In this document: in pieces, positions 22,578-31,792 of the stretch
Numbering within the stretch: the stretch's first letter is position 1
How the letters are laid out: the number at the start of each line of letters is the position of its first letter
Source: an uncultured Chloroflexia bacterium
GTDB taxonomy: Bacteria; Chloroflexota; Dehalococcoidia; UBA2979
Assembly: GCA_963728205.1 (NCBI GenBank)
Contig: CAVSIV010000002.1
Span: 512,001 to 576,000, forward strand
Reading direction: 5' to 3'
DNA length: 64,000 bases
The notes under the pieces: model-generated
Told to the model about the DNA's origin: nothing
What the model saw: the letters and a program-made list of their open reading frames with translations, nothing else
Database searches by the model: none
Program-made: the position numbers and the translations under genes

Positions 22578-24287
22578 CTACGAGTTGATCCAGATGTTGC
22601 GGACGTTCCAGTAGTCGATCGACGTACCCGGCCCGTGCGTTCGGTTCATGATGTCGTTGTAGACGACCGTGTTCGTCCCCACGCCGAAGACGTTGATGAA
22701 CGGCGGTGCCTTCGACGCGATCACCTTCTGCGCGTCGATGTAAGCCGCCTTGCGCTCGGCCTCGTCGAGCGTCGACGCCGCCTTGTCGATCGCCGCGTCC
22801 ACGTCCGGGTCGGAGAACTTCGTGTCGTAGTGCCCGTTGCCCGTGATGCCGCCCGTGTGGAACCACTGCAGCGTCGCGTCGGGCGTCTTGTATGACTGGT
22901 TCAGCGAGAAGCTCGCCTCGAGCTTGCCCTGGAAGTACGCGGCAACCCACGTCCCGGCGTCCTGCGGCTGTGGCTTCGCGGTCACGCCGATCTTCTGCAG
23001 CTGCTGGACCATGATGTTGACGTAGTCGTTCATGTTGCTGCTCGTGGGGTGGTTGAAGGTGATCTCCTTCACCCCCGCGGCATCGAACATCTTCTTCGCG
23101 TCGTCCGGATTGTATGGCTGCGCCGCCTTGAGGGCGTCGCCGCTCAGCGCGTATTCCCCGAACACCGTGTTCACCGAGCCAATCGGCTCGCCCTGGCCCT
23201 TCCCGATGATCTGGATGTACTGGTTGCGGTCCATCGAGAGGTTCATCGCGTTGCGCACGCGCTCGTCGTCCCATGGCTTCGCGTCGACGCGCATCCAGAA
23301 CGAGTCGAAGCCGGTGCTCTTGTCCTCGAGGCGCACCGTGTTCTTCACCGACTTCTCGAGCTGCTTAGCCTCGTCAATGTCGGGCGGCACGTAGATGTCA
23401 ATCTGGCGCGTCGTGAACGCGGTGCGCTCGGTGGCCAGGTCCTGGAACGCCAGGATCGTCTCCTGGTCGAGGTAGGGCTTGCCCTTCTCCCAGTAGTTCG
23501 GGTTGCGAACCATGACCGCGCGCTGGCCCTCGGTCAGCTCCTTGAGCATGAACGGACCGGCGCCGACGGCGTCCTTCTTGAGGTCTGCGCTGGCCAGCCA
23601 CTCCTTGGGCACAATCGCGCCCTGGAGGTTGTCGCCGAGCACCTCGAGCACCCACGCGAACGGCTTCTTCGTGATCACGCGGACGGTCGACGCGTCCGGC
23701 GCGTCGTACTTGTCGACCCAGCGGTTGAAGAACGTGTAGCCGTTCGAGCCCGACTTCGGGTCGGCGATGCGGTCGAACGTCTTCAGGACGTCCTCGGAGT
23801 CCATCGGCCGCTCCGGCACGTCGTGCTGGTTCGGCGCGATCTTCACGTTGTCGCGCAGCTTGAACACCCACGTGAGCTTGTCGGACTGCAGCGCCTGGCT
23901 GGCCGCGAGCAGCTGGATGGTCCCCGCCTCGGGGCGGAAGACTTCCTTGCGCACCAGGTAGGTGTAGACCTGCGGGACGATGCCCGAACCGCCGTACACG
24001 GAGTTGTGCGGGTCGACGCCGGCGAACGGGCCGGTGAATCCGGTGCGATAGTTGCCGCCGGTCTTCGGCGTCTGCGTCGCCGTGGCGGCGGCCGTGGCGC
24101 TCGCTCCGCCGGCGGCGGTGGCCGCCTGCGTGGGCGCCGCCACGGTCGGCGTACCCTTGTTGCTGCTGCCGCAGCCGATCAGTGCCGCGCCGGCCAGGCC
24201 GGCGGCTCCCAGGGCTCCGCCGCGCAGCATCGCACGGCGCGAGGCCCGGCCCCTCAGCGCTCGATTCCAGTAGCCCTGCTCTTCCAC
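22578..24287 (-). CDS. ABC transporter substrate-binding protein, family 5 (Tat lipoprotein)
   Basis: SRRAMLRG twin-arginine signal, lipobox LIGC, GAGPF, RNPNYW and DERVRNAM motifs. Confidence 0.9.
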   Translation of the reverse strand: MEEQGYWNRALRGRASRRAMLRGGALGAAGLAGAALIGCGSSNKGTPTVAAPTQAATAAGGASATAAATATQTPKTGGNYRTGFTGPFAGVDPHNSVYGGSGIVPQVYTYLVRKEVFRPEAGTIQLLAASQALQSDKLTWVFKLRDNVKIAPNQHDVPERPMDSEDVLKTFDRIADPKSGSNGYTFFNRWVDKYDAPDASTVRVITKKPFAWVLEVLGDNLQGAIVPKEWLASADLKKDAVGAGPFMLKELTEGQRAVMVRNPNYWEKGKPYLDQETILAFQDLATERTAFTTRQIDIYVPPDIDEAKQLEKSVKNTVRLEDKSTGFDSFWMRVDAKPWDDERVRNAMNLSMDRNQYIQIIGKGQGEPIGSVNTVFGEYALSGDALKAAQPYNPDDAKKMFDAAGVKEITFNHPTSSNMNDYVNIMVQQLQKIGVTAKPQPQDAGTWVAAYFQGKLEASFSLNQSYKTPDATLQWFHTGGITGNGHYDTKFSDPDVDAAIDKAASTLDEAERKAAYIDAQKVIASKAPPFINVFGVGTNTVVYNDIMNRTHGPGTSIDYWNVRNIWINS

Positions 24288-24562
24288 AGTCCCCTCCGTT
24301 TGCGCCCACGGGCCACGTTCGGCCCGGCGCTGCTTGGGTCACATACCGGCAGTCTGTCCGCGCGGCTCAACCCGTGTGAATGGCGGCAACCTACTACACG
24401 CGTCATCCTTTTTCACCTGTACGCGCACAAGACCACGAGGGGATTCATCGACCCCATCGCACGCCACGTGACAGGTTTGCGAGCGCCTCTGCCGCGCCCA
24501 GCTAGACTCGGCGATATGCGTCGTCCGCCCCGCGGACACGCGAGTGCAGGCAGGGGGACCAG

Positions 24563-25072
24563 ATGGACGTCTTTACCGCGGTGCGCACCGTCCGCGCCGT
24601 GCGCGCGTACGAGGACCGACCGGTGTCGCCCGACGTCGTGCACCGGGTGCTCGAGGCAGCCCACCTCACGGCCAGCAGCCGCAACGGGCAGCCGTGGCAC
24701 TTCATCGTCGTCGAGGGGCGCGACGCGCTCAGCGCCCTCGCCAATCACACGCCGACGGGCGTGTACACGAAGGACGCCGCCTTCGCGGTCGTGGTCGCCG
24801 TCGATCACGACTCGCCCTACGGCGTCTCCGACGCGAGCCGCGCGATTCAGTCGATGGTGCTCGTGGCGTGGGAGCAGGGCGTCGGCTCGAACTGGGTCGG
24901 GTTCAACAACCTCGACAGCCTGAAGGCGATGCTCGGCATCCCTGCCGGCATCGACGTCGTCGCCGTCGTCCCGTTCGGGTACCCGGTCGAGGCGCGCGCG
25001 AAGGGGAAGAAGCAGCGCAAGCCGTTCGGTGAGGTCGTCTACCGCGGTCGGTTCGGCGAACCGTTCGCCTGA
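24563..25072 (+). CDS. Nitroreductase family protein
   Basis: RAVRAY, ASSRNGQPWHF, GVGSNWV, FGYP...RK. Confidence 0.9.
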   Translation: MDVFTAVRTVRAVRAYEDRPVSPDVVHRVLEAAHLTASSRNGQPWHFIVVEGRDALSALANHTPTGVYTKDAAFAVVVAVDHDSPYGVSDASRAIQSMVLVAWEQGVGSNWVGFNNLDSLKAMLGIPAGIDVVAVVPFGYPVEARAKGKKQRKPFGEVVYRGRFGEPFA

Positions 25073-25160
25073 CCCGGCGTTCGCTCCCGGCCCCGGGCGT
25101 ACGGCGAGCCGCGGATGGCCCCGCGGCTCGCCTGCGTCCTGAGCCGGTCCCCGTAGTCCT

Positions 25161-25721
25161 CTAGCCGCTGTACGGCCAGGGGATGTCCGCCGACGTCAGC
25201 GGCTGGTCGCTCGTCTCGACCCGCGCGTCGATCACGTGGCCGACCACGACCGTGTGGTCGCCGACGTCGATGAACTGCTCCGCGGTGCAGTCGAGCCACA
25301 TCAACGCGCCGTCGAGGATCGGGCACCCGCGGTCCGTCGTCCGGTAGTCCACCGCGTCGAGCTTCTCGTAGGTGCTCGAGACCAGCGGCTGCCCGCGGCC
25401 CTTCACCTTCGACGCCCGGTGCGGCTGGATGAAGTGTTGCGCGAGCGCCATGCCGGCCCCGTTGGCGCGCGCCAGCAGGTTCACCGTGTACGCGCCGTTC
25501 GCGCGGATGCTGCCGAGGCTGAACGAGTCGTTCTCGAACGAGAGCGCCACGCGGTGCGGGCGGAAGGCGACCTGCATCACCCAGTCCGCGATCATCCCGT
25601 TCGGCTCGCCGTCGCGCGTCGAGCCGACGATGTAGACGCCGTACGGCATCTCCTCGACGGCGCGTGCGATGTCGCCGTGCTCGGCCTTGAGGTCGCTGAG
25701 ATCGAGTTCCGTGGTCATCAT
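25161..25721 (-). CDS. Flavin reductase family protein
   Basis: PYGVYIV, NGMIADW, GCPIL, GDHTVVVG. Confidence 0.9.
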   Translation of the reverse strand: MMTTELDLSDLKAEHGDIARAVEEMPYGVYIVGSTRDGEPNGMIADWVMQVAFRPHRVALSFENDSFSLGSIRANGAYTVNLLARANGAGMALAQHFIQPHRASKVKGRGQPLVSSTYEKLDAVDYRTTDRGCPILDGALMWLDCTAEQFIDVGDHTVVVGHVIDARVETSDQPLTSADIPWPYSG

Positions 25722-25915
25722 GCCATCTCCTCCACGCCCGGGCTCGCGGGGCCGCCCCCCGGGCTCCCCTCAAGCTTGACGGGCGTGATGGAGACGGACA
25801 GGGCCGATCGGCCCCGTTGCGGGTGGACTATCGCCCGCCCGCTGCGCGTGTGACCACGCAGCGGGCGGGAACGGCAGGGATCGGGCGAGGACGGCTGCGG
25901 CGGTCGCCGCGGTCG

Positions 25916-26518
25916 CTAGCCGCCGCAGTTCTGCGTGACCCAGGCGTCGATGTGCTGCGTCGCCTGCTCGAACTTCGGGTCGTTCAGCGCCTGGAAGGCG
26001 GCCTGCACGGTCGGGTCCGTGGCGACCTTCGTGAAGTCGTAGTTCGCCTTCGCCATCGCCGAGGCGAACTGCGTCCAGAACTGCGCATAGACCTGGAAGT
26101 CCGCCTTGATCTCGGACGGCGCGTTGTTGCTCAGCGCCTGCACGAAGGCGGTCGTCTGCTCGATGCTCGTCTTCATGTCGGTCGGCGTGCCCGACGCCGA
26201 CGCGCTGCCGAGGCCGGTGGCCGCCGCCGCGTTCACGACCATCTTGCCCCAGTCGCCGCAGAAGCCGGCGGCGGCGGACGCACCGGCGCCGGACGACCCG
26301 CCGCCGGCGGCCGTGCCCGACGCTGCCGCCGTCGCGGTCGCGGCCGCCGCGGTCGCGGCCGTCGTCGGCGCGGCGGTCGGCGTCGCCGTCGCCTTGCCGC
26401 CACCGCAGGCGGCGAGCAGCAGCGCCGCGCCGAGTCCGGCGGCGATCAGCGCCGTCGTTGCGTGCGCACCCATGGCCCGGCGCAGCCGGGAGAGCATCGA
26501 GCCGTGCATCGTGGTCAT
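25916..26518 (-). CDS. Hypothetical lipoprotein
   Basis: Lipobox LAAC, Ala/Thr-rich linker, helical C-terminal domain bracketed by two Cys; start uncertain. Confidence 0.7.
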   Translation of the reverse strand: MTTMHGSMLSRLRRAMGAHATTALIAAGLGAALLLAACGGGKATATPTAAPTTAATAAAATATAAASGTAAGGGSSGAGASAAAGFCGDWGKMVVNAAAATGLGSASASGTPTDMKTSIEQTTAFVQALSNNAPSEIKADFQVYAQFWTQFASAMAKANYDFTKVATDPTVQAAFQALNDPKFEQATQHIDAWVTQNCGG

Positions 26519-26639
26519 CCTCTCGTGAAGCCCGCCCGGACTTCGCATGGTCTGGCATCGTCGCGCCGCGCCCGACGGCCGCGCAGAGGCCAAGGTCCCT
26601 ACGCCGCTCGGGCGCGCCTTCCAGTGTCACACGCCGCGC

Positions 26640-27386
26640 TCACAGGATCGCGAGCGCGGCCCCCAGCGCGGCGGTCGTCGCCGTCAGCGCCAGGAGCGCC
26701 ATCGACAGCCGCCGGAACGCGACCTCGGATAGCCGCGGCCGCAGCAGGCGGCCGCTCGCGATGCCGAGCGCGATCGCCGGCAGCCCCACGACCACGAAGG
26801 CCCACACGTCGGGCGTCAGGACCCCGCCGATCAGCGCCATCGGGATGCCCGGCAGGCCGAAGAACGCGAAGTAGGCAAACAGCCGGCGGCGAATCGTCGC
26901 CGCGTCGCCCCCGAGCCAGTGCTGGTAGAGGACCACCGGCGGCCCGCCCATGCCCGTCGCGCCGCGCAGCACCCCCGAGAGCAGGCCCGTGGGCACCATC
27001 AGCGCGACGCGGTTCGGGCGCGCCGGGTGCTCCCCGCCGGCGCGCCCCAGGTTGATCGCGGCGCCGGCGACCACGGCGGCACCCACCAGCACGCGCAACG
27101 CCGCCTCATTCACGTGCACGAGGAGGACGAGCCCCAGCGGGAACGCCGCCAGCCCCGGCACCACGAGCGGCGCGATCGCCCGCAGTGGCTCGCGCGGCCG
27201 GTGCTCCCAGTACACGCCGAGCGAGAGCAGCGGGCTGAGCACAATCGAAGTCGCCACCGCCGCGTGCGGCCCGACGACGAACGCCGCGAGCGGCGTGAAG
27301 ACGAGCGCGAACCCGAAGCCGAACGCGCTCTGCGTGAAGGCGGCGAGCAGCACCAGTGCGGCGACGGCGGCAAGTTCGGCGGGCAT
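26640..27386 (-). CDS. Sulfite exporter TauE/SafE family membrane protein
   Basis: FGFGFALV and GMGGPP motifs, multiple TM helices. Confidence 0.85.
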   Translation of the reverse strand: MPAELAAVAALVLLAAFTQSAFGFGFALVFTPLAAFVVGPHAAVATSIVLSPLLSLGVYWEHRPREPLRAIAPLVVPGLAAFPLGLVLLVHVNEAALRVLVGAAVVAGAAINLGRAGGEHPARPNRVALMVPTGLLSGVLRGATGMGGPPVVLYQHWLGGDAATIRRRLFAYFAFFGLPGIPMALIGGVLTPDVWAFVVVGLPAIALGIASGRLLRPRLSEVAFRRLSMALLALTATTAALGAALAIL

Positions 27387-27612
27387 GCTCACGGCCTGCA
27401 CGGTAACCGCGCACCCGCGTGTGCGGCACCGCCCCGTCGAGCGGCGACCGGCCGCCCGCTGCCGTCCGGCCCGCGCCCCGGATTCGGCGGACGAAGGTCG
27501 AGCGCGCGCACGCCGAACGGCCCGTGATCGGCCGACGCCGGCCTGCCACCCTTGACGCATCCCTCACCGGGGACCGCAGGGCCGCGGGCCGCCGCGCCCT
27601 GCCGGAGGAGCC

Positions 27613-28722
27613 GTGGTCCGCTTCGCGCTGCGCAGCCTGCTCTACGACCGCGCCCGCCTCGCCATCGCCGTCGGCGGCGTGGGGTTCGCGGTGCTGCTCG
27701 TCCTCACCCTGCGCGGCATCTTCGACGGCACGATCGCGAAGTCGACCCTCTACACGGAGCGCGTGGGCGCCGACCTGTTCGTGACCCAGGCCGGCGTCGA
27801 GCACATGGCGCTCGCGACGCCGCTGCTCCCCGGAGCGCTGGAGGACGCGCTCGCCGCGGTCCCCGGCGTCGCGGAGGCCCGCGGCATCGTCCGCGTGCCC
27901 GCAATCGTCCGCGCCGGTGGCGCCGACATCTCGGCGAGCGTCGTCGGCTTCGACGTCGCCAGCGGCTTCGGCGGACCGTGGTCGCTCGCCGCCGGCACCG
28001 CGCGACTCGACCCCGACGGCGTCGTGCTCGACACCACCCTCGCGGCGCAGCACGGGCTGCGCCTCGGCGACACCGTCACGATCGCCGACCACGGCTTCCG
28101 GCTGGAGGGGCTCTCGCGCGACACCAACGCGCTCGCCCTCGGGCGCGACGTCTTCGTCGACCGCGACGTCGCGGCACAGTTGTTCCTTCAGCCGGGCATC
28201 GTCAACTTCGTGCTGGTGAAGGTCGCGCCCGGCGCCGACCCGCGCGCGGCGGCCGCCGCGATCGTGTCGGCGCATCCCGAGCTGGCGGCCCTTCTGCGCG
28301 ACGACCTGGTGGCGAACGATCGCGCCCTGTTCCGCGACCTCTTCGGCGTGCCCGTGAACGTGATGGCGTACATCGGCCTCGCCGTCGGGCTGCTCGTGAT
28401 CGGCCTCGCAACGTACGCGGCGGCGGTCGAGCGGGCGCACGACTTCGGCGTGCTGAAGGCGATCGGCGCATCGAACCTCTACCTGTACCGCGTCGTGATC
28501 GAGGTCGCGCTGGGCATCGGGGTCAGCGGGTTCGTGGCGGGCCTGGTGCTGGCCGTCGCGCTCGGGCCGCTGATCGTGCGCGTCGCGCCGGAGCTGGGCG
28601 TCACCGTCCGGGCGGCCTACGCCGCGCAGATCTTCGTGCTCGCGGTCGGGCTCAGCCTCGTCTCGGCGCTGCTGCCGGTCCGGCGCGTCGCCGGCCTCGA
28701 CCCCAAGGAAGCGTTCGCGTGA
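27613..28722 (+). CDS. ABC transporter permease (FtsX/MacB type)
   Basis: TM, large extracytoplasmic domain, then TM helices; ERAHDFGVLKAIGA and LDP motifs; SD GGAGG. Confidence 0.9.
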   Translation: MVRFALRSLLYDRARLAIAVGGVGFAVLLVLTLRGIFDGTIAKSTLYTERVGADLFVTQAGVEHMALATPLLPGALEDALAAVPGVAEARGIVRVPAIVRAGGADISASVVGFDVASGFGGPWSLAAGTARLDPDGVVLDTTLAAQHGLRLGDTVTIADHGFRLEGLSRDTNALALGRDVFVDRDVAAQLFLQPGIVNFVLVKVAPGADPRAAAAAIVSAHPELAALLRDDLVANDRALFRDLFGVPVNVMAYIGLAVGLLVIGLATYAAAVERAHDFGVLKAIGASNLYLYRVVIEVALGIGVSGFVAGLVLAVALGPLIVRVAPELGVTVRAAYAAQIFVLAVGLSLVSALLPVRRVAGLDPKEAFA

Positions 28723-29438
28723 CCGCCGGCGCCGGCGGGAGCGACTGCGCAGGCACGGGCGCGCTCCCGCTGCGGCTCGTCGACGTGACGCGTCGGTACG
28801 GCGAGCCGCCGCGCGTCGTCACGGCGCTCGACCACGTGTCGCTCGAGGTGCGCACCGGCGAGGTCGTCGTCATCGTCGGTCCGTCCGGGAGCGGGAAGAC
28901 CACGCTGCTCTCCGTGGCCGGCTGCATGCTGCGACCGACGCACGGGCGCGTGGAGGTGATGGGCACGGCCGTCGACCGGCTGAGCGAGCGCCAGCTCCCG
29001 GCGGTGCGCGCGACGCACCTGGGACTGGTCTTCCAGTCGTTCAACCTGCTCGCGCCGCTGTCCGTCTTCGACAACGTGCTGATCGCGATGAACCTGGCGG
29101 GGCATCGCGGCCGCTCGGCGCGGGCGCGCGTCGAGGAGCTGCTCGCGGCGCTCGACATCGCGGACCGCGCCCGCTGGTGGCCACGCGACCTCAGCGGCGG
29201 CGAGCAACAACGCGTCGCGATCGCCCGCGCGCTCGCCAACCGGCCGGACCTCATCCTGGCCGACGAGCCGACGGCGAGCCTCGACGGCGCGGCGGGGGCG
29301 CGCGTGATGCGCCTGCTCGCCGGCGCCGTCCGCGACGGCCAGGCGCGCGCGCTCGTCGTCGTGACGCACGACCAGCGCATCCTCGACGCCGCCAATCGCG
29401 TCCTCACGATGGAGGACGGGCGGCTGTCTACGACGTAA
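28719..29438 (+). CDS. ABC transporter ATP-binding protein (LolD/MacB type)
   Basis: GPSGSGKTT, LSGGEQQRVAIARAL, LADEPT, VTHD; GTGA overlap with permease. Confidence 0.93.
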   Translation: MTAGAGGSDCAGTGALPLRLVDVTRRYGEPPRVVTALDHVSLEVRTGEVVVIVGPSGSGKTTLLSVAGCMLRPTHGRVEVMGTAVDRLSERQLPAVRATHLGLVFQSFNLLAPLSVFDNVLIAMNLAGHRGRSARARVEELLAALDIADRARWWPRDLSGGEQQRVAIARALANRPDLILADEPTASLDGAAGARVMRLLAGAVRDGQARALVVVTHDQRILDAANRVLTMEDGRLSTT

Positions 29439-29647
29439 CGTCGCGGCAGGCGCCGGGCGGACTCGCAGGACTTCGCGCCGCCAGCGCCGCCTGCGCTCTT
29501 CGGCGGGTGCTGCACGCCAGATGCATCGGTGCTCGGTTGCGGTCACCCCGGGGCGCACGTAGGCTCGCGCCGAGCGCCGCGGGTGCGGCCGGCACCGCGC
29601 TCGCCCCGGCCTCACACCGATGATCGATGACGCGAACGGGGCTCCCG

Positions 29648-30493
29648 ATGTCCGTGATCGTGGTCGCAGGCACCGCCGCCGGCTCCGGCGCGACGACGAT
29701 CGCCGTCGGCATCGCCCATCGCCTCGCGTACGCCGGTCACGCGGTACGCCTCGAGCGGATCGCCGGCGACGCCGGCGCCGCGGCCGACGCTGCTTCCTTC
29801 GCCGCTCTCGAGATTGCGGGCGCCTCCGGCGCGCCGGTCGAGGCCACCGCGGTGAGCGCGCCGGCGAGCGGCGTGCTCGTGCTCGAGGCGCCCCCCGCGA
29901 GCGACTGGGCGGCGCTGGCGCAGCGGCTCGGCGCGAAGCTCGTCGTCGTGGGCGCGGAGGGCGCCCCCGCGCCCGCCGGCGGCATCGCGTTCGCCAACCA
30001 CACGCGCTCCACGGGGCTGCACGCCCTCGGCGAGGACCGCCTGCTCGCCGGCCCCACCGTGCGACGCCTGATCGAGGCGAGCGGCGCGCGCGTCCTCGCC
30101 GGCGGCGCTGACGGCGAGGACGCCGTCTGCGAGCACCTCGTCATCGGCGCCATCTCGCACGACTCCGACGAGCCCTACTTCCGCCGCTTCCCGCGCCCCG
30201 CGGTCGTCGCGCGCGCCGAGAAGGTTGACATCGCCCTCGCGGCGATGCGGGTGCGGCCCGTGTGCCTCATCCTCACCGGCGGCGGAGAGCCCAGCCCCTA
30301 CATCATCGACCGCGTCGCCTCGTCGCGAGACACGACGCTGCTGCTCGCCCCCGAGGGCACCGTCGAGACGATGCGCGACATCGAGGGCACCTTCGGCACC
30401 GTGCCGTTCTCGGGCGAGGCGAAGGTGGAGCGTGTCGGCGACCTCATGAAGATCGCCATCGATGATGCAACCGTGGCGACGCTCCTCGGCTAG
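29648..30493 (+). CDS. DRTGG-domain protein (BioD-like/phosphate acetyltransferase N-terminal-like)
   Basis: GSGATTIAVG degenerate P-loop; C-terminal VIGAIS...DIALAA...CLILTGG; start could be 29627. Confidence 0.7.
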   Translation: MSVIVVAGTAAGSGATTIAVGIAHRLAYAGHAVRLERIAGDAGAAADAASFAALEIAGASGAPVEATAVSAPASGVLVLEAPPASDWAALAQRLGAKLVVVGAEGAPAPAGGIAFANHTRSTGLHALGEDRLLAGPTVRRLIEASGARVLAGGADGEDAVCEHLVIGAISHDSDEPYFRRFPRPAVVARAEKVDIALAAMRVRPVCLILTGGGEPSPYIIDRVASSRDTTLLLAPEGTVETMRDIEGTFGTVPFSGEAKVERVGDLMKIAIDDATVATLLG

Positions 30494-30623
30494 GACGCCG
30501 CGCGCCGGCCCCGGCCGCCCCTACCCCGGCACCCCGCCGCCCGAGACCGCCTCTCGCCTGCCCTCCGACGTTCAGCGCGCGCGCAAGCGGCTTCGGCCCG
30601 GTGCGACGGCGTATGCTCGACGC

Positions 30624-31755
30624 ATGGACCTCAACTCGGGCCTGGTCCTCGGGCGGATCCGGGGCATCGCCATCCGCGTGCACTGGTCGTGGGCCCTCAT
30701 CTTCGCCCTCGTCGCGTGGTCGCTCGCCGACGGCGTGTTCAAGGACCTCTTCGTCAACTGGAGCGCGAGCGAGCGCTGGACCGCCGCGCTCATCACCTCG
30801 CTGGTGTTCTTCCTCTCGGTCCTCCTGCACGAGTTGTCCCACGCGTTCGTGGCACAGTCGCTGGGCATGTCCGTGCCGTCGATCACGCTGTTCATCTTCG
30901 GTGGCGTCTCCAGCCTCGGCGAGGAGATGAAGACGGCGAAGCAGGAGTTCCGCGTCGCCGTCGCCGGCCCGCTGATGTCGTGGGCGCTCGCGCTGATCTT
31001 CGGCGCGGTCTGGTTCATCTTCCGCGGCAACGACTTCGCGACGATCTCCGCGTACCTGGCGTGGATCAACTTCGTGCTCGGCGCGTTCAACCTGCTGCCC
31101 GGCTTCCCGCTCGACGGCGGTCGCGTCTTCCGCGCCATCGTGTGGTCGCGCACCAAGAGCCTCGTGCGCGCCACGCGCATCGCCTCGCGCGTCGGCTCGG
31201 GCATCGCGTGGCTGATGATCCTGCTCGGCGTCGCGGTGGTGATCTTCGGGAATCTGACCGGGCTCTGGTACGTCCTGATCGGACTCTTCCTGAAGTCGGC
31301 GTCCGAGGGCGCCTACCAGCAGATGGTCGTGGAGCGCTCGCTCGAGCACATCCGCGCGCGCGAGGTGATGCGCGATTCCGCCGGAGCCCGTCGGCGAGGA
31401 GTGGACGCTCCAGCGCATCGTCGACGAGCGCGTACTCATGCACGGCGAGCGCTGCGTGCTCGTCGGACACGACGGCGCAGTCACGGGCATCCTCACCACC
31501 TCGGATCTGACGAAGGTGCCGCGCGAGCACTGGCACGACACCGACGCGCGCGCCGCGATGGTGCCGGCAGAGCAGGTGATGGTGGTCTCGCCGAACGCGT
31601 CTGTCCTCGACGCGATGAAGCTGATGCAGCAGCACGACATCCACCAGGTGCCGGTGCTCGACGCCGGCCGTCTCGTCGGCCTGCTCACCCGCGCCGACGT
31701 GATCCGCCAGCTCGAGCTCCGCTCCGCCTTCTCCGCGGAGGCGATGCGCGGCTAA
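30624..31755 (+). CDS. Site-2 (M50) intramembrane metalloprotease with C-terminal CBS pair; frameshift at ~31377
   Basis: LLHELSH, AGP, FNLLPGFPLDGG; CBS domains continue in another frame after an extra T in cgcgattccg. Confidence 0.85.
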
Positions 31756-31792
31756 CGCGGCAGCCCGCGGCGGGCCCGTTCCGGGTGCGCGG

